From the NCBI GenBank assembly GCA_002897775.1, contig BDTR01000042.1, positions 61,280 to 125,279 on the forward strand: a stretch of DNA of 64,000 bases, in the 5' to 3' direction. The notes below the pieces were generated by a model. It worked only from the letters and a program-made list of their open reading frames with translations. It was not told where the DNA came from and searched no databases. How positions within the stretch are numbered: the first letter of the stretch is position 1; every line of letters begins with the position of its first letter. Made by a program: the position numbers and the translations under genes. Below are positions 37,213 through 47,553 of the stretch, piece after piece. Source of the stretch: a bacterium BMS3Bbin08. GTDB taxonomy: Bacteria; Nitrospirota; Thermodesulfovibrionia; UBA6902; BMS3Bbin08.

Positions 37213-38690
37213 CAGCACACCTTGATTATGAAAGCCTTAGAGACGGCGAGTACGGCAAAGCCCTCACAAAAGACACGGATAAGTTCACTGAAGAGATCAA
37301 AGGCAGAACCGGTGAAGCGGGACTCGCGACAGCAGACCCCCTTAAGATGTACCTCCGGGAGATGAGGGCCTACCCTCTGATCTCAAGAGAACGTGAAGTT
37401 GAGATAGCCAGAGAAATAGACGAAAGAAAACGGGACGCGTTAAGAACCGTCCTTTCCATGCCCTTTGCAGTAAAAAAAGTACTATCCTTTTCTGACGCGC
37501 TCAGGAAAAAACAGATCTCGACAAAAGACGTGATCATAATGAAGGAAGACATATCAGACGCAGAACAAAAAAAGATCCTGGACAAGTTCCTGAAAGATAC
37601 CAGGTCATTAAGAAACCTGCTGTCAAGAAGGAACGGTCATAATGGAAAGCGCAACACAGCAAAACTGAAGGCTGTGAGGGATAAACTGGAAAAAAACAAA
37701 CTGACAACAATTGACAGGATGTTCGGACTCAACCTCAGGGAAGCAAAAATTACGGCTTTTCTGGGGCAGTTCAAAGAGTATACCTCGGCATACAACAACA
37801 TCATCACGCAGACCGGCAATAAAAACAACGGCAAAAGCGGAAAACCGTACGGTGATCCCGTAAAATTGGCCGGGGAAAAAAGGTTCATCGAATCCGAGCT
37901 CGGGCTTAAGGGAAAAGAAGCAGCAAAAGCGCTCGAGACCTGCGTGAGCAATGAGGAAAAAGCATTAAGCGCAAAAAAACTGCTTGTGGAGGCAAACCTG
38001 CGGCTTGTGGTGAGCATAGCAAAAAAATACATGGGAAAAGGTCTGAGTCTGTCAGACCTTATACAGGAGGGCAACATAGGCCTGATGAAGGCTGTTGATA
38101 AATTTGATTATACAAAGGGGTATAAGTTCAGCACCTACGCGAACTGGTGGATACGCCAGTCTATTACTCGCTCGCTGGCAGACCAGGCACGGACCATAAG
38201 GATCCCGGCGCATATGGTAGAAACCATGAACAGGTTAAAACGGGTTACCGGTGACCTTGTGCAGGAACTGGGCAGAGAACCAAATCCGGAAGAGATCAGC
38301 CAAAGAATGGGACTGCCACTGAACAAGGTGCGGGTGATCCTTAAGATCTCCAAAGAGCCTGTGTCACTGGAAACCCCGCTGGGCAGGGAAGAGGACAGCA
38401 TTCTCGGAGACTTTATTGAGGACAAGACCGCGCCTTCGCCGCTTGAAGAGGTCATGAAGAACGACCTGCAGAGTCAGATAAAGGCCATTATAGGCTCCCT
38501 CGACACAAAAGAGGCAGCGATCATCAAAAGGCGCTTCGGCATTGAAAGTGAAGATTCATTTACTCTTGAAGAAGTCGGGCAGCAATTCAATGTCACCAGG
38601 GAGCGCATAAGACAGATCGAGGTAAGGGCACTCAGAAAACTGCGGTATCCGTTAAAAAACCAGGCTATCAAAGAGATCGCCAAATTATAG
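37209..38690 (+). CDS. rpoD: RNA polymerase primary sigma-70 factor RpoD
   Basis: Regions 1.2 ([10 protein letters not shown]), 2 ([34 protein letters not shown]), 3, 4 (rpoD box). Confidence 0.9.
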   Translation: MTAHLDYESLRDGEYGKALTKDTDKFTEEIKGRTGEAGLATADPLKMYLREMRAYPLISREREVEIAREIDERKRDALRTVLSMPFAVKKVLSFSDALRKKQISTKDVIIMKEDISDAEQKKILDKFLKDTRSLRNLLSRRNGHNGKRNTAKLKAVRDKLEKNKLTTIDRMFGLNLREAKITAFLGQFKEYTSAYNNIITQTGNKNNGKSGKPYGDPVKLAGEKRFIESELGLKGKEAAKALETCVSNEEKALSAKKLLVEANLRLVVSIAKKYMGKGLSLSDLIQEGNIGLMKAVDKFDYTKGYKFSTYANWWIRQSITRSLADQARTIRIPAHMVETMNRLKRVTGDLVQELGREPNPEEISQRMGLPLNKVRVILKISKEPVSLETPLGREEDSILGDFIEDKTAPSPLEEVMKNDLQSQIKAIIGSLDTKEAAIIKRRFGIESEDSFTLEEVGQQFNVTRERIRQIEVRALRKLRYPLKNQAIKEIAKL

Positions 38691-38821
38691 AGCGTTCCGA
38701 AAAGCCGGTTCGTCAACAACCGAATTGATCATAAGGGTCGGGTATATGGGCGATAAGTCCCGCTCTCTTCGTATAAGGGACGCGATCAGGAAACATTTAT
38801 AATTTCCCCTTTATCTTTTTA

Positions 38822-38854
38822 CCCCGTTAGAAGGGCTGAGGTGTTCTAACGGGG
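38822..38854 (+). terminator. CCCCGTTAGAA...TTCTAACGGGG hairpin (repeat family T) after rpoD
   Basis: Perfect 11-bp stem; same consensus recurs at 42425-42457, 44524-44557, 57132-57166, each just 3' of a stop codon. Confidence 0.55.
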
Positions 38855-38940
38855 TTTATCAGGATCAAGCCTGCAATACAAATGTATTTCATTCTGAAGG
38901 CACTTCAGTGATCATCTGTGTTATTTTAGGGGGGGGGATT

Positions 38941-39168
38941 ATGGCGACCTTATCATTCAAGATCGGCCATGTTTATTGTTATGACTGCGTAAAAGCAGTG
39001 GGAAAGTTTGTGGGTAAAATGAAGGGTGTACTCTCGGTCGAGGTAAAAAATAATGACAGCGCTGTTATTGAGTATGATCCCTCCAGGATCGAGTTCAGCG
39101 AGGAAAAGTTCAGGCGGATCGTCATGGACTGCATAGACAGGCTCGGATTTAGAATAAAAAAAACTTGA
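38941..39168 (+). CDS. Small HMA-like (ferredoxin-fold, CxxC) protein
   Basis: SFKIGHVYCYDCVKAV...VEVKNNDSAVIEYD resembles heavy-metal-associated domain topology. Confidence 0.35.
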   Translation: MATLSFKIGHVYCYDCVKAVGKFVGKMKGVLSVEVKNNDSAVIEYDPSRIEFSEEKFRRIVMDCIDRLGFRIKKT

Positions 39169-39292
39169 AGGACTAACTTTGTTTTTCAGCCTTTTTCAAC
39201 GATCAGCCCATACAGCTATAAATATAAATAAATTGACAAAGACTTTTTCAAACAAATATAATTTATAAAATTTGAGGAGGAGGATATGAATT

Positions 39293-39622
39293 ATGTCTGA
39301 AGGTGTTACAAATGTTACTCAGGACTCGTGGGACGCGGAAGTTCTTCAGTCACCTGACCTGATACTGGTCGATTTTTGGGCGGCGTGGTGCGGTCCCTGT
39401 AAAATGGTTGCTCCAATGGTGGAAGAATTGGCCAGGGAATATGAAGGTAAAGCCAGGTTTGTCAAACTCAATACTGACGAGAACCCCGATCTTGCGAGTC
39501 GTTATAAGATCCGGGGGATACCCACTCTGATGTTTTTCAAAAAAGGCGAGATAGTGGAGCAGATAGTCGGCGTAGTTCCCAAGGCACAGCTCAAGGCGAA
39601 GATCGACTCGCTCCTTGGATAA
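39293..39622 (+). CDS. trxA: Thioredoxin
   Basis: WAAWCGPCK active site. Confidence 0.9.
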   Translation: MSEGVTNVTQDSWDAEVLQSPDLILVDFWAAWCGPCKMVAPMVEELAREYEGKARFVKLNTDENPDLASRYKIRGIPTLMFFKKGEIVEQIVGVVPKAQLKAKIDSLLG

Positions 39623-40558
39623 ATGCTTTTTGATACTGTAATTATCGGCGGAGGTCCCGCGGGGCTCACGGCAGGACTTTATACTTCAAGGGCCAGACTA
39701 AAAACCCTGCTTATAGAAAGAGGCCTTCCAGGCGGTCAGGTCATGACCACTGAGCTGGTGGAGAACTACCCGGGGTTTGAGGAAGGGATCATGGGCCCGG
39801 AACTTTCCGCCAAAATGGAAAAACAGGCCAGAAAGTTCGGCCTTGAGATAGTTCAGGATTCTGTCCGCGAGATCTCCCTTGATGGAAAAACAAAAAAAAT
39901 AATTCTGGAGGAAGGCCGGCAGTACGAGGCAAAGAGCGTTATCCTGTGTACCGGCGCCCATCCAAGGCTTCTGGGTGTTAAAGGAGAAGCAGAACTCAGG
40001 GGAAAAGGTGTTTCATACTGCGCGACCTGTGACGGCGCCTTTTTCAAGGGGCAGAAAATCGCGGTCGTGGGCGGTGGGAATTCAGCGGTGGAAGAGGCTC
40101 TGTTTTTAACGAAGTTCGCCAAGGAAGTTCACGTGATCCACAGGAGAGACCAGCTAAGGGCTGACAGGATAGTCCAGGAACGCGCCTTTGCCAATGAAAG
40201 AATAAAGTTTATCTGGGACTCTGTCGTAGAGGAGATAAGAGGGGATGAAGAGGTCACCTCTTTACTTATAAAGAACAGGAAAACACAGCAGGAATCAGTG
40301 CTTGATGTTCAGGGCATTTTTATCTATGTTGGTTATATCCCGAACACCGAGTTTCTCAGCGGCTTTATTACCCTTGACGAGGAAGGCTATATAGTTACCG
40401 ACCATAATATGGCCACTTCCGTACCGGGAGTTTTTGCGGCAGGCGACGTAAGGGCCAACTCTGTGAAACAGATCTCGGTTGCCGTTGGAAGCGGGACGAC
40501 AGCCGCCATATCAGCGGCAAAATATATTGAGGAAAACTTCCAAGAGAGATTAAAATAA
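39623..40558 (+). CDS. trxB: Thioredoxin reductase (NADPH)
   Basis: FAD GxGxxG (IIGGGPAGL), redox-active CATCDG, NADPH GGGNSA. Confidence 0.9.
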   Translation: MLFDTVIIGGGPAGLTAGLYTSRARLKTLLIERGLPGGQVMTTELVENYPGFEEGIMGPELSAKMEKQARKFGLEIVQDSVREISLDGKTKKIILEEGRQYEAKSVILCTGAHPRLLGVKGEAELRGKGVSYCATCDGAFFKGQKIAVVGGGNSAVEEALFLTKFAKEVHVIHRRDQLRADRIVQERAFANERIKFIWDSVVEEIRGDEEVTSLLIKNRKTQQESVLDVQGIFIYVGYIPNTEFLSGFITLDEEGYIVTDHNMATSVPGVFAAGDVRANSVKQISVAVGSGTTAAISAAKYIEENFQERLK

Positions 40559-40595
40559 ATCTTACTCTCTTTAGTCAGTGATTTTAAAATCACCC

Positions 40596-41912
40596 ATGTT
40601 TGAAGCATTATCAGAGAAATTAGACGGCATACTGAAAAAACTGAAGGGACGCGGGTTCCTTAGGGAAGAGGATATAGTGTCCGCCCTTAAGGAGATCAAA
40701 ATGGCCCTTCTTGAGGCAGACGTTAATTTTAAGGTTGTCAAGGATTTCGTGGAAAAAGTCAGGGTAAAGGCTGTCGGCAAGGAGGTCACTGACAGCATTA
40801 CCCCTGGACAACAGGTAGTGAAAATAGTCCATGACGAACTCTGCAGTCTCATGGGCGGCGGCCATAGCAAGATAAAGCTTGCTCCTAACCCTCCAACCAT
40901 TATCATGCTGGTCGGCCTTCACGGCTCGGGTAAGACAACTTCAGCGGCAAAACTCGCGAAAAGCTTTAAAAAAGACGGCAGAAGACCGCTGCTTGTACCC
41001 CTTGACACAGCCCGGCCTGCCGCCATTGATCAGCTGATCACCCTGGGCGCTCAGATAGATACCCCGGTGTACGCGACAAAACCTGGGGAAAACCCTGTAA
41101 ACATCTGGCCCGAAGCTGTCAAACAGGCTAATTCCGAAGGAAGGGATGTTCTTATACTTGATACGGCAGGCAGGCTCCATATAGACGAGCAGTTAATGAA
41201 AGAACTGGAAGAAATAAAAGAACAGGCAAAACCGGCTGAGATCCTGCTTGTTGCCGACGCCATGACAGGACAGGACGCTGTCAACATCGCGAAGTCTTTT
41301 AACGACAAACTGAGCCTGGACGGCATTATTCTCACCAAAATGGACGGTGACGCCAGAGGCGGCGCGGCGCTCTCTATGGTCTCTGTTACCGGCAAGCCGG
41401 TCAAATTCATTGGAGTCGGCGAAAAAATTGATTTGCTTGAGCCGTTCCATCCGGACCGCATGGCCTCGAGAATTCTGGGCATGGGTGATGTTTTAAGCCT
41501 TGTGGAAAAGGCCCGGGATACTATGGATATGGAAGAAGCGCTTAAGCTGCAGAAAGGCATCAGCAAGAACAGGTTCACGTTTGAGGACCTCAAAACCCAG
41601 ATAAAACAGATAAAGAAAATGGGTCCGCTTGAGAACATACTGGGGATGATACCGGGCATGGGCAAGCAGCTTAAAGGTATTTCTGTGGACAACAAACAGT
41701 TTCAAACGATCGAGGCCATCATCAATTCCATGACCAGGCAGGAAAGAATGAATTATGTTATAATTAACGGCAGTCGCAAGAGGAGAATAGCCGCTGGAAG
41801 CGGTACCGCAGTGCCCGACGTGAACAGGTTGCTAAAGCAGCATCTCGCGATGAAAAAGATGCTTAAAAAGTTCAAAGGCGGGAAACTCAAGTTCGGTAAT
41901 TTTTTTAATTAG
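40596..41912 (+). CDS. ffh: Signal recognition particle protein Ffh
   Basis: MFEALSEKL start, NG domain [15 protein letters not shown] domain; ORF track start 40578 is slightly upstream. Confidence 0.95.
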   Translation: MFEALSEKLDGILKKLKGRGFLREEDIVSALKEIKMALLEADVNFKVVKDFVEKVRVKAVGKEVTDSITPGQQVVKIVHDELCSLMGGGHSKIKLAPNPPTIIMLVGLHGSGKTTSAAKLAKSFKKDGRRPLLVPLDTARPAAIDQLITLGAQIDTPVYATKPGENPVNIWPEAVKQANSEGRDVLILDTAGRLHIDEQLMKELEEIKEQAKPAEILLVADAMTGQDAVNIAKSFNDKLSLDGIILTKMDGDARGGAALSMVSVTGKPVKFIGVGEKIDLLEPFHPDRMASRILGMGDVLSLVEKARDTMDMEEALKLQKGISKNRFTFEDLKTQIKQIKKMGPLENILGMIPGMGKQLKGISVDNKQFQTIEAIINSMTRQERMNYVIINGSRKRRIAAGSGTAVPDVNRLLKQHLAMKKMLKKFKGGKLKFGNFFN

Positions 41913-41925
41913 GAGGAGAACTGAT

Positions 41926-42162
41926 TTGGTAAAAATAAGACTTACACGAAAAGGCGCCAAAAAGAAGCCTTTCTATAGAGTGATTGCAGCTGACTCAAGG
42001 GCGAGGAGAGACGGGCCGTTCCTGGAGATCCTGGGGACTTATAATCCTTTAACAGACCCTTCAGAGATAAAAATAAACACGGACAGGGCCAAATATTGGC
42101 TTAGTCACGGGGCACAACCAACTGCCACTGTTAAGAAACTCTTGAAAATCGCGGGCTTGTAA
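41926..42162 (+). CDS. rpsP: 30S ribosomal protein S16
   Basis: [30 protein letters not shown]. Confidence 0.9.
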   Translation: MVKIRLTRKGAKKKPFYRVIAADSRARRDGPFLEILGTYNPLTDPSEIKINTDRAKYWLSHGAQPTATVKKLLKIAGL

Positions 42163-42192
42163 TATCCGGTCCAGGATCGCATGGAGGTGGAG

Positions 42193-42423
42193 ATGAGAGA
42201 ACTAATCGAACAAATGGCCAAGGCTCTGGTTGACAAACCTGAAGATGTTTCTGTCTCTGAAGTGCAAGGAGAAAGGACAACCGTCTATGAGCTGCGTGTC
42301 GCACAGAGTGATCTCGGCAAGGTCATAGGAAAGCAGGGCAAGACAGCAAGGTCTATGAGGACCATCCTGAGTGCCGCCGGAACAAAGCTTGGCAAGAGAT
42401 GCGTACTTGAGATATTAGAGTAA
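42193..42423 (+). CDS. KH-domain RNA-binding protein (YlqC-like)
   Basis: [16 protein letters not shown] GxxG-type KH core; conserved position after rpsP. Confidence 0.7.
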   Translation: MRELIEQMAKALVDKPEDVSVSEVQGERTTVYELRVAQSDLGKVIGKQGKTARSMRTILSAAGTKLGKRCVLEILE

Positions 42424-42424
42424 A

Positions 42425-42457
42425 CCCCATTAGAAGGGCAAAGGTCTTTTAACGGGG
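42425..42457 (+). terminator. Family T hairpin after KH-protein gene (where rimM would normally lie)
   Basis: CCCCATTAGAAGGGCAAAGGTCTTTTAACGGGG. Confidence 0.5.
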
Positions 42458-42579
42458 TAATGAGTAAAATTTAAAATAATTTTTTTAAATTCAAGAGTCC
42501 TGAATACAGATTAGAGTTTAGGATTTAGACCTGTCCGCCTTATAGGGTTTTGGCAGGCGGGTATTAGGATTTATATCCC

Positions 42580-43326
42580 GTGAAATGTGATGTCCTGACC
42601 CTCTTTCCTGATATAATAACCGCCTATCTTAAAGAGAGTATTTTAAAAAGGGCTCAGAAAAAAAAACTCCTTGAGGTCAAGACGTATAACATCAGGGATT
42701 TTGAGCCGGGTAAACATAAGTCTGTTGACGATTATCCTTTCGGGGGCGGCGCGGGAATGGTAATAAAGCCTGAGCCTCTCTTTAAGGCGATCGATTTTAT
42801 TAAAAAAGACGGGGAACCGAGAAAAATAATTCTCTTAAGCCCCCAGGGGAAACCCTTTGATCAGTCAGTCGCGGAAGAGTTCTCCCGAGAGAAAAAGCGG
42901 CTTGTGTTCATATGCGGGCGCTATGAAGGCATTGATGAAAGGGTCAGAGCAGTCCTGGTCGATGAGGAGGTCTCGATCGGTGATTATGTCATGACTGGCG
43001 GAGAACTGGCCGCACTTGTTATAATTGATGCCTCGGTCAGGCTTATTAAGGGAGCCCTTGGTGACGAAAGGTCTGCTGAGGAGGATTCTTTTTCGCGGGG
43101 ATTGCTTGACTATCCCCATTACACAAGACCAAGGGAATTCAGGGGATTCAGCGTCCCTGACGTGCTTTTGTCCGGGAACCATAAGGAAATATTACGCTGG
43201 AGGAGAAAAGAGGCGTTGAGAAAGACCCTTGAGAAAAGGCCTGACCTGATCGAAAAGATACATCTTACTGATGAAGATAAAGAAATAATAGCAGAAATAA
43301 AGGCATCCTCTAAAGAGGATGCCTGA
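42580..43326 (+). CDS. trmD: tRNA (guanine37-N1)-methyltransferase TrmD
   Basis: [12 protein letters not shown]..., SPOUT trefoil-knot motifs ([22 protein letters not shown]). Confidence 0.9.
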   Translation: MKCDVLTLFPDIITAYLKESILKRAQKKKLLEVKTYNIRDFEPGKHKSVDDYPFGGGAGMVIKPEPLFKAIDFIKKDGEPRKIILLSPQGKPFDQSVAEEFSREKKRLVFICGRYEGIDERVRAVLVDEEVSIGDYVMTGGELAALVIIDASVRLIKGALGDERSAEEDSFSRGLLDYPHYTRPREFRGFSVPDVLLSGNHKEILRWRRKEALRKTLEKRPDLIEKIHLTDEDKEIIAEIKASSKEDA

Positions 43327-43395
43327 TTTCACAGATAAAAAATACAGATAACCGGCGTAATTAATTTAATAGAATTAAACAGGAGGAGTACTACA

Positions 43396-43749
43396 ATGGA
43401 TGCCGTAAAAATAGTAGAAGAGGGTTTCAAAAAGAAGATCCCGCCGTTCAGCATTGGTGACACGGTTAAAGTGAGCATGAAGATCAAAGAAGGCGACAAG
43501 GAAAGGATCCAGGCATATGAAGGGATCGTGATAGCCAGAAGAGGCGGCGGTATTCGCGAGACTTTCACTGTGAGAAAGATATCCTACGGCATCGGGGTGG
43601 AGAGGATCATACCCCTTCATTCTCCTTTGATCGACAAGATACAAGTAGTAAAAGAAGGGGCCGTAAGAAGGGCCAAGCTGTACTACCTGAGAGACAGGAA
43701 AGGCAAGGCGGCAAAAGTGAAAGAAAAGGGATTTAAAAGGTCCAGATAG
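43396..43749 (+). CDS. rplS: 50S ribosomal protein L19
   Basis: FSIGDTVKV...[16 protein letters not shown]...TFTVRKIS. Confidence 0.9.
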   Translation: MDAVKIVEEGFKKKIPPFSIGDTVKVSMKIKEGDKERIQAYEGIVIARRGGGIRETFTVRKISYGIGVERIIPLHSPLIDKIQVVKEGAVRRAKLYYLRDRKGKAAKVKEKGFKRSR

Positions 43750-43781
43750 AATTTAACCGATCTAAATTTATTTTCTGTGGG

Positions 43782-44504
43782 GTGGTACCCCGGTTATTAG
43801 CAGTTAGTTTTCCGCTATGGCGAAACTCGCTCAAGCGGTTTATCTATCAACTAACAACTATCAACTGGCTAATGTCTCCTCCCAAAATTCTACGAACACT
43901 GTTCTCACACGATGAAAAGGTAAGAAAAAATTACCCTGTTACCTGCGGTATCGATGAGGCAGGCAGGGGGCCGCTTGCAGGCCCGGTAGTAGCTGCTGCC
44001 GTAATACTTCCGGCACGACTTGTCATTGAAGACCTCAGAGATTCAAAGCAGATACCTGAAAACAGGCGTATAAGGCTCTTCTGGGACATTGTAATCAGTT
44101 GTCCGGATATCGGGATTGGAATTGTTGATGAAAATACGATAGACAGGACAAATATACTTAAAGCCACAAAACTCGCAATGCAGATGGCTGTTAAGGACCT
44201 GAGCCGCAAGCCGGACATGCTGTTGATAGACGCGGTCAGCCTGCCTGAGCTCAATATTAGCCAGAAACCAATAATCAAAGGCGAATCAGTGAGCGCCTCG
44301 ATCGCCGCCGCGTCTATTGTAGCGAAAACAGTGAGGGACCATATCATGACCGCTTACCACGAAGAGTATCCTGTTTATAATTTTAAAGGACATAAAGGCT
44401 ATCCCACAAAAGAGCATGTTGAACTTATACGCCTGCATGGGCCCTGCCCGATCCACAGGAAGAGTTTCAGAAAGGTAATGGGCATGGAACTACCGTTTAA
44501 ATAA
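43782..44504 (+). CDS. rnhB: Ribonuclease HII
   Basis: CGIDEAGRGPLAGPVVAAAVIL catalytic N-motif; true start probably downstream of ORF-track start. Confidence 0.8.
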   Translation: MVPRLLAVSFPLWRNSLKRFIYQLTTINWLMSPPKILRTLFSHDEKVRKNYPVTCGIDEAGRGPLAGPVVAAAVILPARLVIEDLRDSKQIPENRRIRLFWDIVISCPDIGIGIVDENTIDRTNILKATKLAMQMAVKDLSRKPDMLLIDAVSLPELNISQKPIIKGESVSASIAAASIVAKTVRDHIMTAYHEEYPVYNFKGHKGYPTKEHVELIRLHGPCPIHRKSFRKVMGMELPFK

Positions 44505-44523
44505 AAAAGTAGAGAGTAGCAAT

Positions 44524-44557
44524 CCCCGTTAGATTCTGATGAATCTGGACAACGGGG
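44524..44557 (+). terminator. Family T hairpin after rnhB
   Basis: CCCCGTTAGATTCTGATGAATCTGGACAACGGGG. Confidence 0.5.
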
Positions 44558-44596
44558 TAAATACATAGCTCATAGTAAAATTCCAAAGAAGAAATA

Positions 44597-44712
44597 ACAT
44601 TAAATCTATAAATGCACAGCGAGCGGTTAGTAAGCGAATATAATAATAATTATTCCTTACATTGTGCTTACCCTCCAGTTTTTGTGGAGGGTGATCACTA
44701 ATCTAAAATTTG
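44597..44712. repeat. Family Z repeat, left arm of a 4.8-kb inverted pair
   Basis: Reverse complement matches 49474-49640 (which carries two extra hairpin insertions), about 80% identity; contains CCCTCCAGTTTTTGTGGAGGG hairpin. Confidence 0.75.
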
Positions 44713-44729
44713 CAATTTAAAATGTATCT

Positions 44730-45110
44730 GTGTTCTATAAAATAATTGCTGACATTGTTGTTCTGCTTCATTTCCTGTGGATAATATTCCTTGTCTTCGG
44801 TGCGCTTATCGGCAGGCGGCACAAAGTGGTAAAAGTCCTGCATATCCTGGGAATGGGATTTGCAATTATCATTCAGATCTTTGGATGGTACTGCCCCCTG
44901 ACATATCTTGAGGTCTGGCTCAGGCGGACGTATGATCCATTACACGGATATGCCGGCTCATTCATAATAAATTACGTCCAGAAGCTTGTATATATTGAGC
45001 TACCGGGAAATACGATCCTCTTAGCTACAATTTTCCTTGTACTGGGGTCTGCCTTTATTTATATGTACCCCCCCCCCGTTAGATCCGGTGAGAAAACACC
45101 CCGCATCTAA
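44730..45110 (+). CDS. DUF2784-like small membrane protein
   Basis: 126 aa, 4 TM, HFLWIIFLVFGAL...CPLTYLE pattern. Confidence 0.4.
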   Translation: MFYKIIADIVVLLHFLWIIFLVFGALIGRRHKVVKVLHILGMGFAIIIQIFGWYCPLTYLEVWLRRTYDPLHGYAGSFIINYVQKLVYIELPGNTILLATIFLVLGSAFIYMYPPPVRSGEKTPRI

Positions 45111-45200
45111 GAATACAGATCACGGGGCTGGCGCCGTTAGATCCGGTGAGAAAACACCCCGCATCTAAGAATACAGATCACGGGGCGGACGCCGTAAGAT
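45065..45200. repeat. Tandem direct repeat, about 62 bp x 2.2, each unit with CCCCG...CGGGG hairpin
   Basis: CGCCGTTAGATCCGGTGAGAAAACACCCCGCATCTAAGAATACAGATCACGGGGC repeated; overlaps 3' end of the DUF2784 ORF. Confidence 0.7.
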
Positions 45201-45268
45201 CCAGAAAAAAATAGACAGTCCCGGACTTTAGGGCAAGGGTAAAAAACAAGGTGGGAGAGGGTTCGGTC

Positions 45269-45661
45269 TTAATCTTTTAACGCTTCGGCTACACGCATCC
45301 TGTTATATTCCTTAAGGTTGTCTATGAGCTCATCATGTGACAGTACCCTGGTTTTCACAAGGGCCTCGCCGAAAAAAATATAGCTGTCAGGCTGTTCTTT
45401 CAAAAGTTCATCAACCTGGCTCTTTGTCAGAAAATTTTCCCTGACCGCTATGGCGCCGAATTTTTCATGTGTCTCTTCCTGAATGATCAGGACCCTTTCA
45501 ATATCCTCTTCTGTCAGCCAGCCTTTTTTTTTGGCCAGCTGCCCTATCCTGAGGTTGATCTCTTTCTGCAGCAGCCTGGCCTTAAAAACACCTTCCCTGT
45601 CTATAAGGCCTTTACCCATCAAAAACTGCCCGAAAAGCATGTGATATCTGGATTTTCCCAT
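45269..45661 (-). CDS. Small protein with tandem T2SS-E N-terminal (MshEN-like, putative c-di-GMP binding) motifs
   Basis: Three about 25-aa repeats of FG.FLM.KGLI....V..A.LLQKE form (FGQFLMGKGLIDREGVFKARLLQ; FGAIAVRENFLTKSQVDELLKEQ; FGEALVKTRVLSHDELIDNLKE). Confidence 0.35.
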   Translation of the reverse strand: MGKSRYHMLFGQFLMGKGLIDREGVFKARLLQKEINLRIGQLAKKKGWLTEEDIERVLIIQEETHEKFGAIAVRENFLTKSQVDELLKEQPDSYIFFGEALVKTRVLSHDELIDNLKEYNRMRVAEALKD

Positions 45662-45843
45662 TTTTTTTATTTTAGCAGATAAGATTTTATAAGTAAAATA
45701 ATTTAGTATTGATTTTTGCTTTTTATATATGATATAACAATAGACTCTTTGTTCTTACGGCTGTACAGAGTAAGGACTGGTTCCTGCGCTTATGTTGGGG
45801 TAATGCAGCAGGCGGGAATACTAATCCATAAGGAGACAGAAAG

Positions 45844-46221
45844 ATGAATTTTTATGAAAATTTGGTAATTTTCGAATCCAGCCTTGATGATAAAGCAATC
45901 GAAGGCTCGGTCGAACGGATCAAGGGACTGATCGTCAAAAAGGGCGGTGAAATCCTCAAGACAGAAAATTGGGGGCAGAAAAAACTGGCTTATGTCCTCA
46001 AAAAGCAGAAAAAAGGCATTTACGTCCTCCTGATCTTCAAGGCCCTCCCGAACACCATTGCTGAACTTGAAAAGTTTTACAAGGTATTTGACCCTGTTTT
46101 CAAATTCCTGATCATAAAATTAACAAAGAAACAGATAGAGGTTTTTCTGACTGCTATGGCAGAAGAAGAAAATAAAGAAACAGAACCCGCTCCGTCACAA
46201 GAGGAGAATAAGAATGTTTAA
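45844..46221 (+). CDS. rpsF: 30S ribosomal protein S6
   Basis: MNFYENLVIFESSLDDK...ENWGQKKLAY. Confidence 0.9.
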   Translation: MNFYENLVIFESSLDDKAIEGSVERIKGLIVKKGGEILKTENWGQKKLAYVLKKQKKGIYVLLIFKALPNTIAELEKFYKVFDPVFKFLIIKLTKKQIEVFLTAMAEEENKETEPAPSQEENKNV

Positions 46222-46606
46222 CAAAATAATTTTAATAGGCAACCTTACAAGAGACCCTGAGGTGCGATACACTCCGCAGGGCACATCAGTCTGTAACTTT
46301 GGAATCGCCGTTAACCGCAAATATAAACAGGGGGACGAGCTAAAAGAAGAGGTTACTTTTATTAATGTGGCTGTTTTTGGCAAACAGGCGGATACTTGCG
46401 GCCAGTACTTAAACAAGGGCAGCAGTGTCCTTGTAGAGGGCCGGTTACAGGAGCGGCGCTGGGAAACGGAAGAGGGACAGAAGAGGAGCAAGTATGAGGT
46501 AGTTGCCCAGACTGTCAGGTTCCTCTCCAGGAAAGCCGATTCTGCCGGTACTACGGGCGGCAGTGCGCCGCCTCCTGACGAAACAACGGATTTGGAGCCA
46601 TTTTAA
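46214..46606 (+). CDS. ssb: Single-stranded DNA-binding protein
   Basis: OB-fold block NKIILIGNLTRDPEVRYTPQG, acidic C-terminal tip DLEPF. Confidence 0.9.
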   Translation: MFNKIILIGNLTRDPEVRYTPQGTSVCNFGIAVNRKYKQGDELKEEVTFINVAVFGKQADTCGQYLNKGSSVLVEGRLQERRWETEEGQKRSKYEVVAQTVRFLSRKADSAGTTGGSAPPPDETTDLEPF

Positions 46607-46882
46607 ATGATGAACAGAAAATTTAGAAGTTCAGGGGACAAGCCGAGAGGACAGAGAGGGCCGTACAGGAGATTTCAGGTAAGACGGTACTGCAAATTTT
46701 GCGCTGACAAGACACCGTTCATAGACTACAAAAATGTCAAAGTGCTAAAAAGCTACCTTTCTGAAAAAGGCAAAATTACCGCGGCTAGAATGACAAATAC
46801 CTGTGCAAAGCACCAGAGAGCGCTGTCTGCCGCAATTAAAAGGGCAAGAAACATAGCTCTACTGCCATTCGTGGAAAAATAA
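46607..46882 (+). CDS. rpsR: 30S ribosomal protein S18
   Basis: [30 protein letters not shown]. Confidence 0.9.
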   Translation: MMNRKFRSSGDKPRGQRGPYRRFQVRRYCKFCADKTPFIDYKNVKVLKSYLSEKGKITAARMTNTCAKHQRALSAAIKRARNIALLPFVEK

Positions 46883-47163
46883 TGCGGGTTCCGAAAGGGT
46901 GGATATCTGTCCTCGCTAAAGAGATCATCAAGGGGCTTTGCGAGAAAAAACTTGTCGATCTGAACAAACCTGAAGAAGAAGTTGTCCGGTCAACCGACAA
47001 ATTAATACTTGACGAACTTATGGCAGAAGATATCATTAACAAAGAAGTCAGAGAGATGTTAAGTGAATATGACACGCAGATAGAGAGAGGCAATCTCGAC
47101 TATCGCAGGCTCTTTGAGCTTACAAAGCGGAAGCTCGTCAGGGAACGGGATATAATTCTGTGA
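46882..47163 (+). CDS. DUF507 family protein (paralog 1)
   Basis: 93 aa, paralogous to next ORF; MR..K.KI..LAK.II.GL pattern of DUF507. Confidence 0.5.
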   Translation: MRVPKGWISVLAKEIIKGLCEKKLVDLNKPEEEVVRSTDKLILDELMAEDIINKEVREMLSEYDTQIERGNLDYRRLFELTKRKLVRERDIIL

Positions 47164-47438
47164 GGCTCTCGGACGATAAAATAACTCATACAACTCACGT
47201 CTTGCTCAAGGGTCTTCTGGAGCAGGGGCTGATAATGCCGCTGGCTGAAGACGGAGAAATAAGGCGCGAGATGAGGAGGATATTTACAAAAGAGCTGATG
47301 CTCGTAGATGAGATAGACGCCGGGATCCGTACCAAATTACAGTCGTATTCAAAGAAAATACACGAAGGAAGCCCTGAATGGGAGGTCCTCTATCAAAAGT
47401 TTTTCCACGAAGAGGCAGCCAAAAAAGGTAGAGCTTAA
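47160..47438 (+). CDS. DUF507 family protein (paralog 2)
   Basis: MRLSDDKITHTTHVLLKGLLEQGLI; tandem pair with overlapping stop/start. Confidence 0.5.
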   Translation: MRLSDDKITHTTHVLLKGLLEQGLIMPLAEDGEIRREMRRIFTKELMLVDEIDAGIRTKLQSYSKKIHEGSPEWEVLYQKFFHEEAAKKGRA

Positions 47439-47553
47439 AGGGATCATCTTCCCGTCTGTTCTAGTACTCCTCTATACTGTATTTGTTTTTCCGCCTGATC
47501 TTATAAAAACGACCCCGGTTCTGACAGGATGGTTCATTGCGCTCTGTATAGCA

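Noticed and set aside
41051-41695. 214-aa minus-strand ORF within ffh
   Set aside because: It is antisense to Ffh and its translation is S/L/P-rich low complexity.
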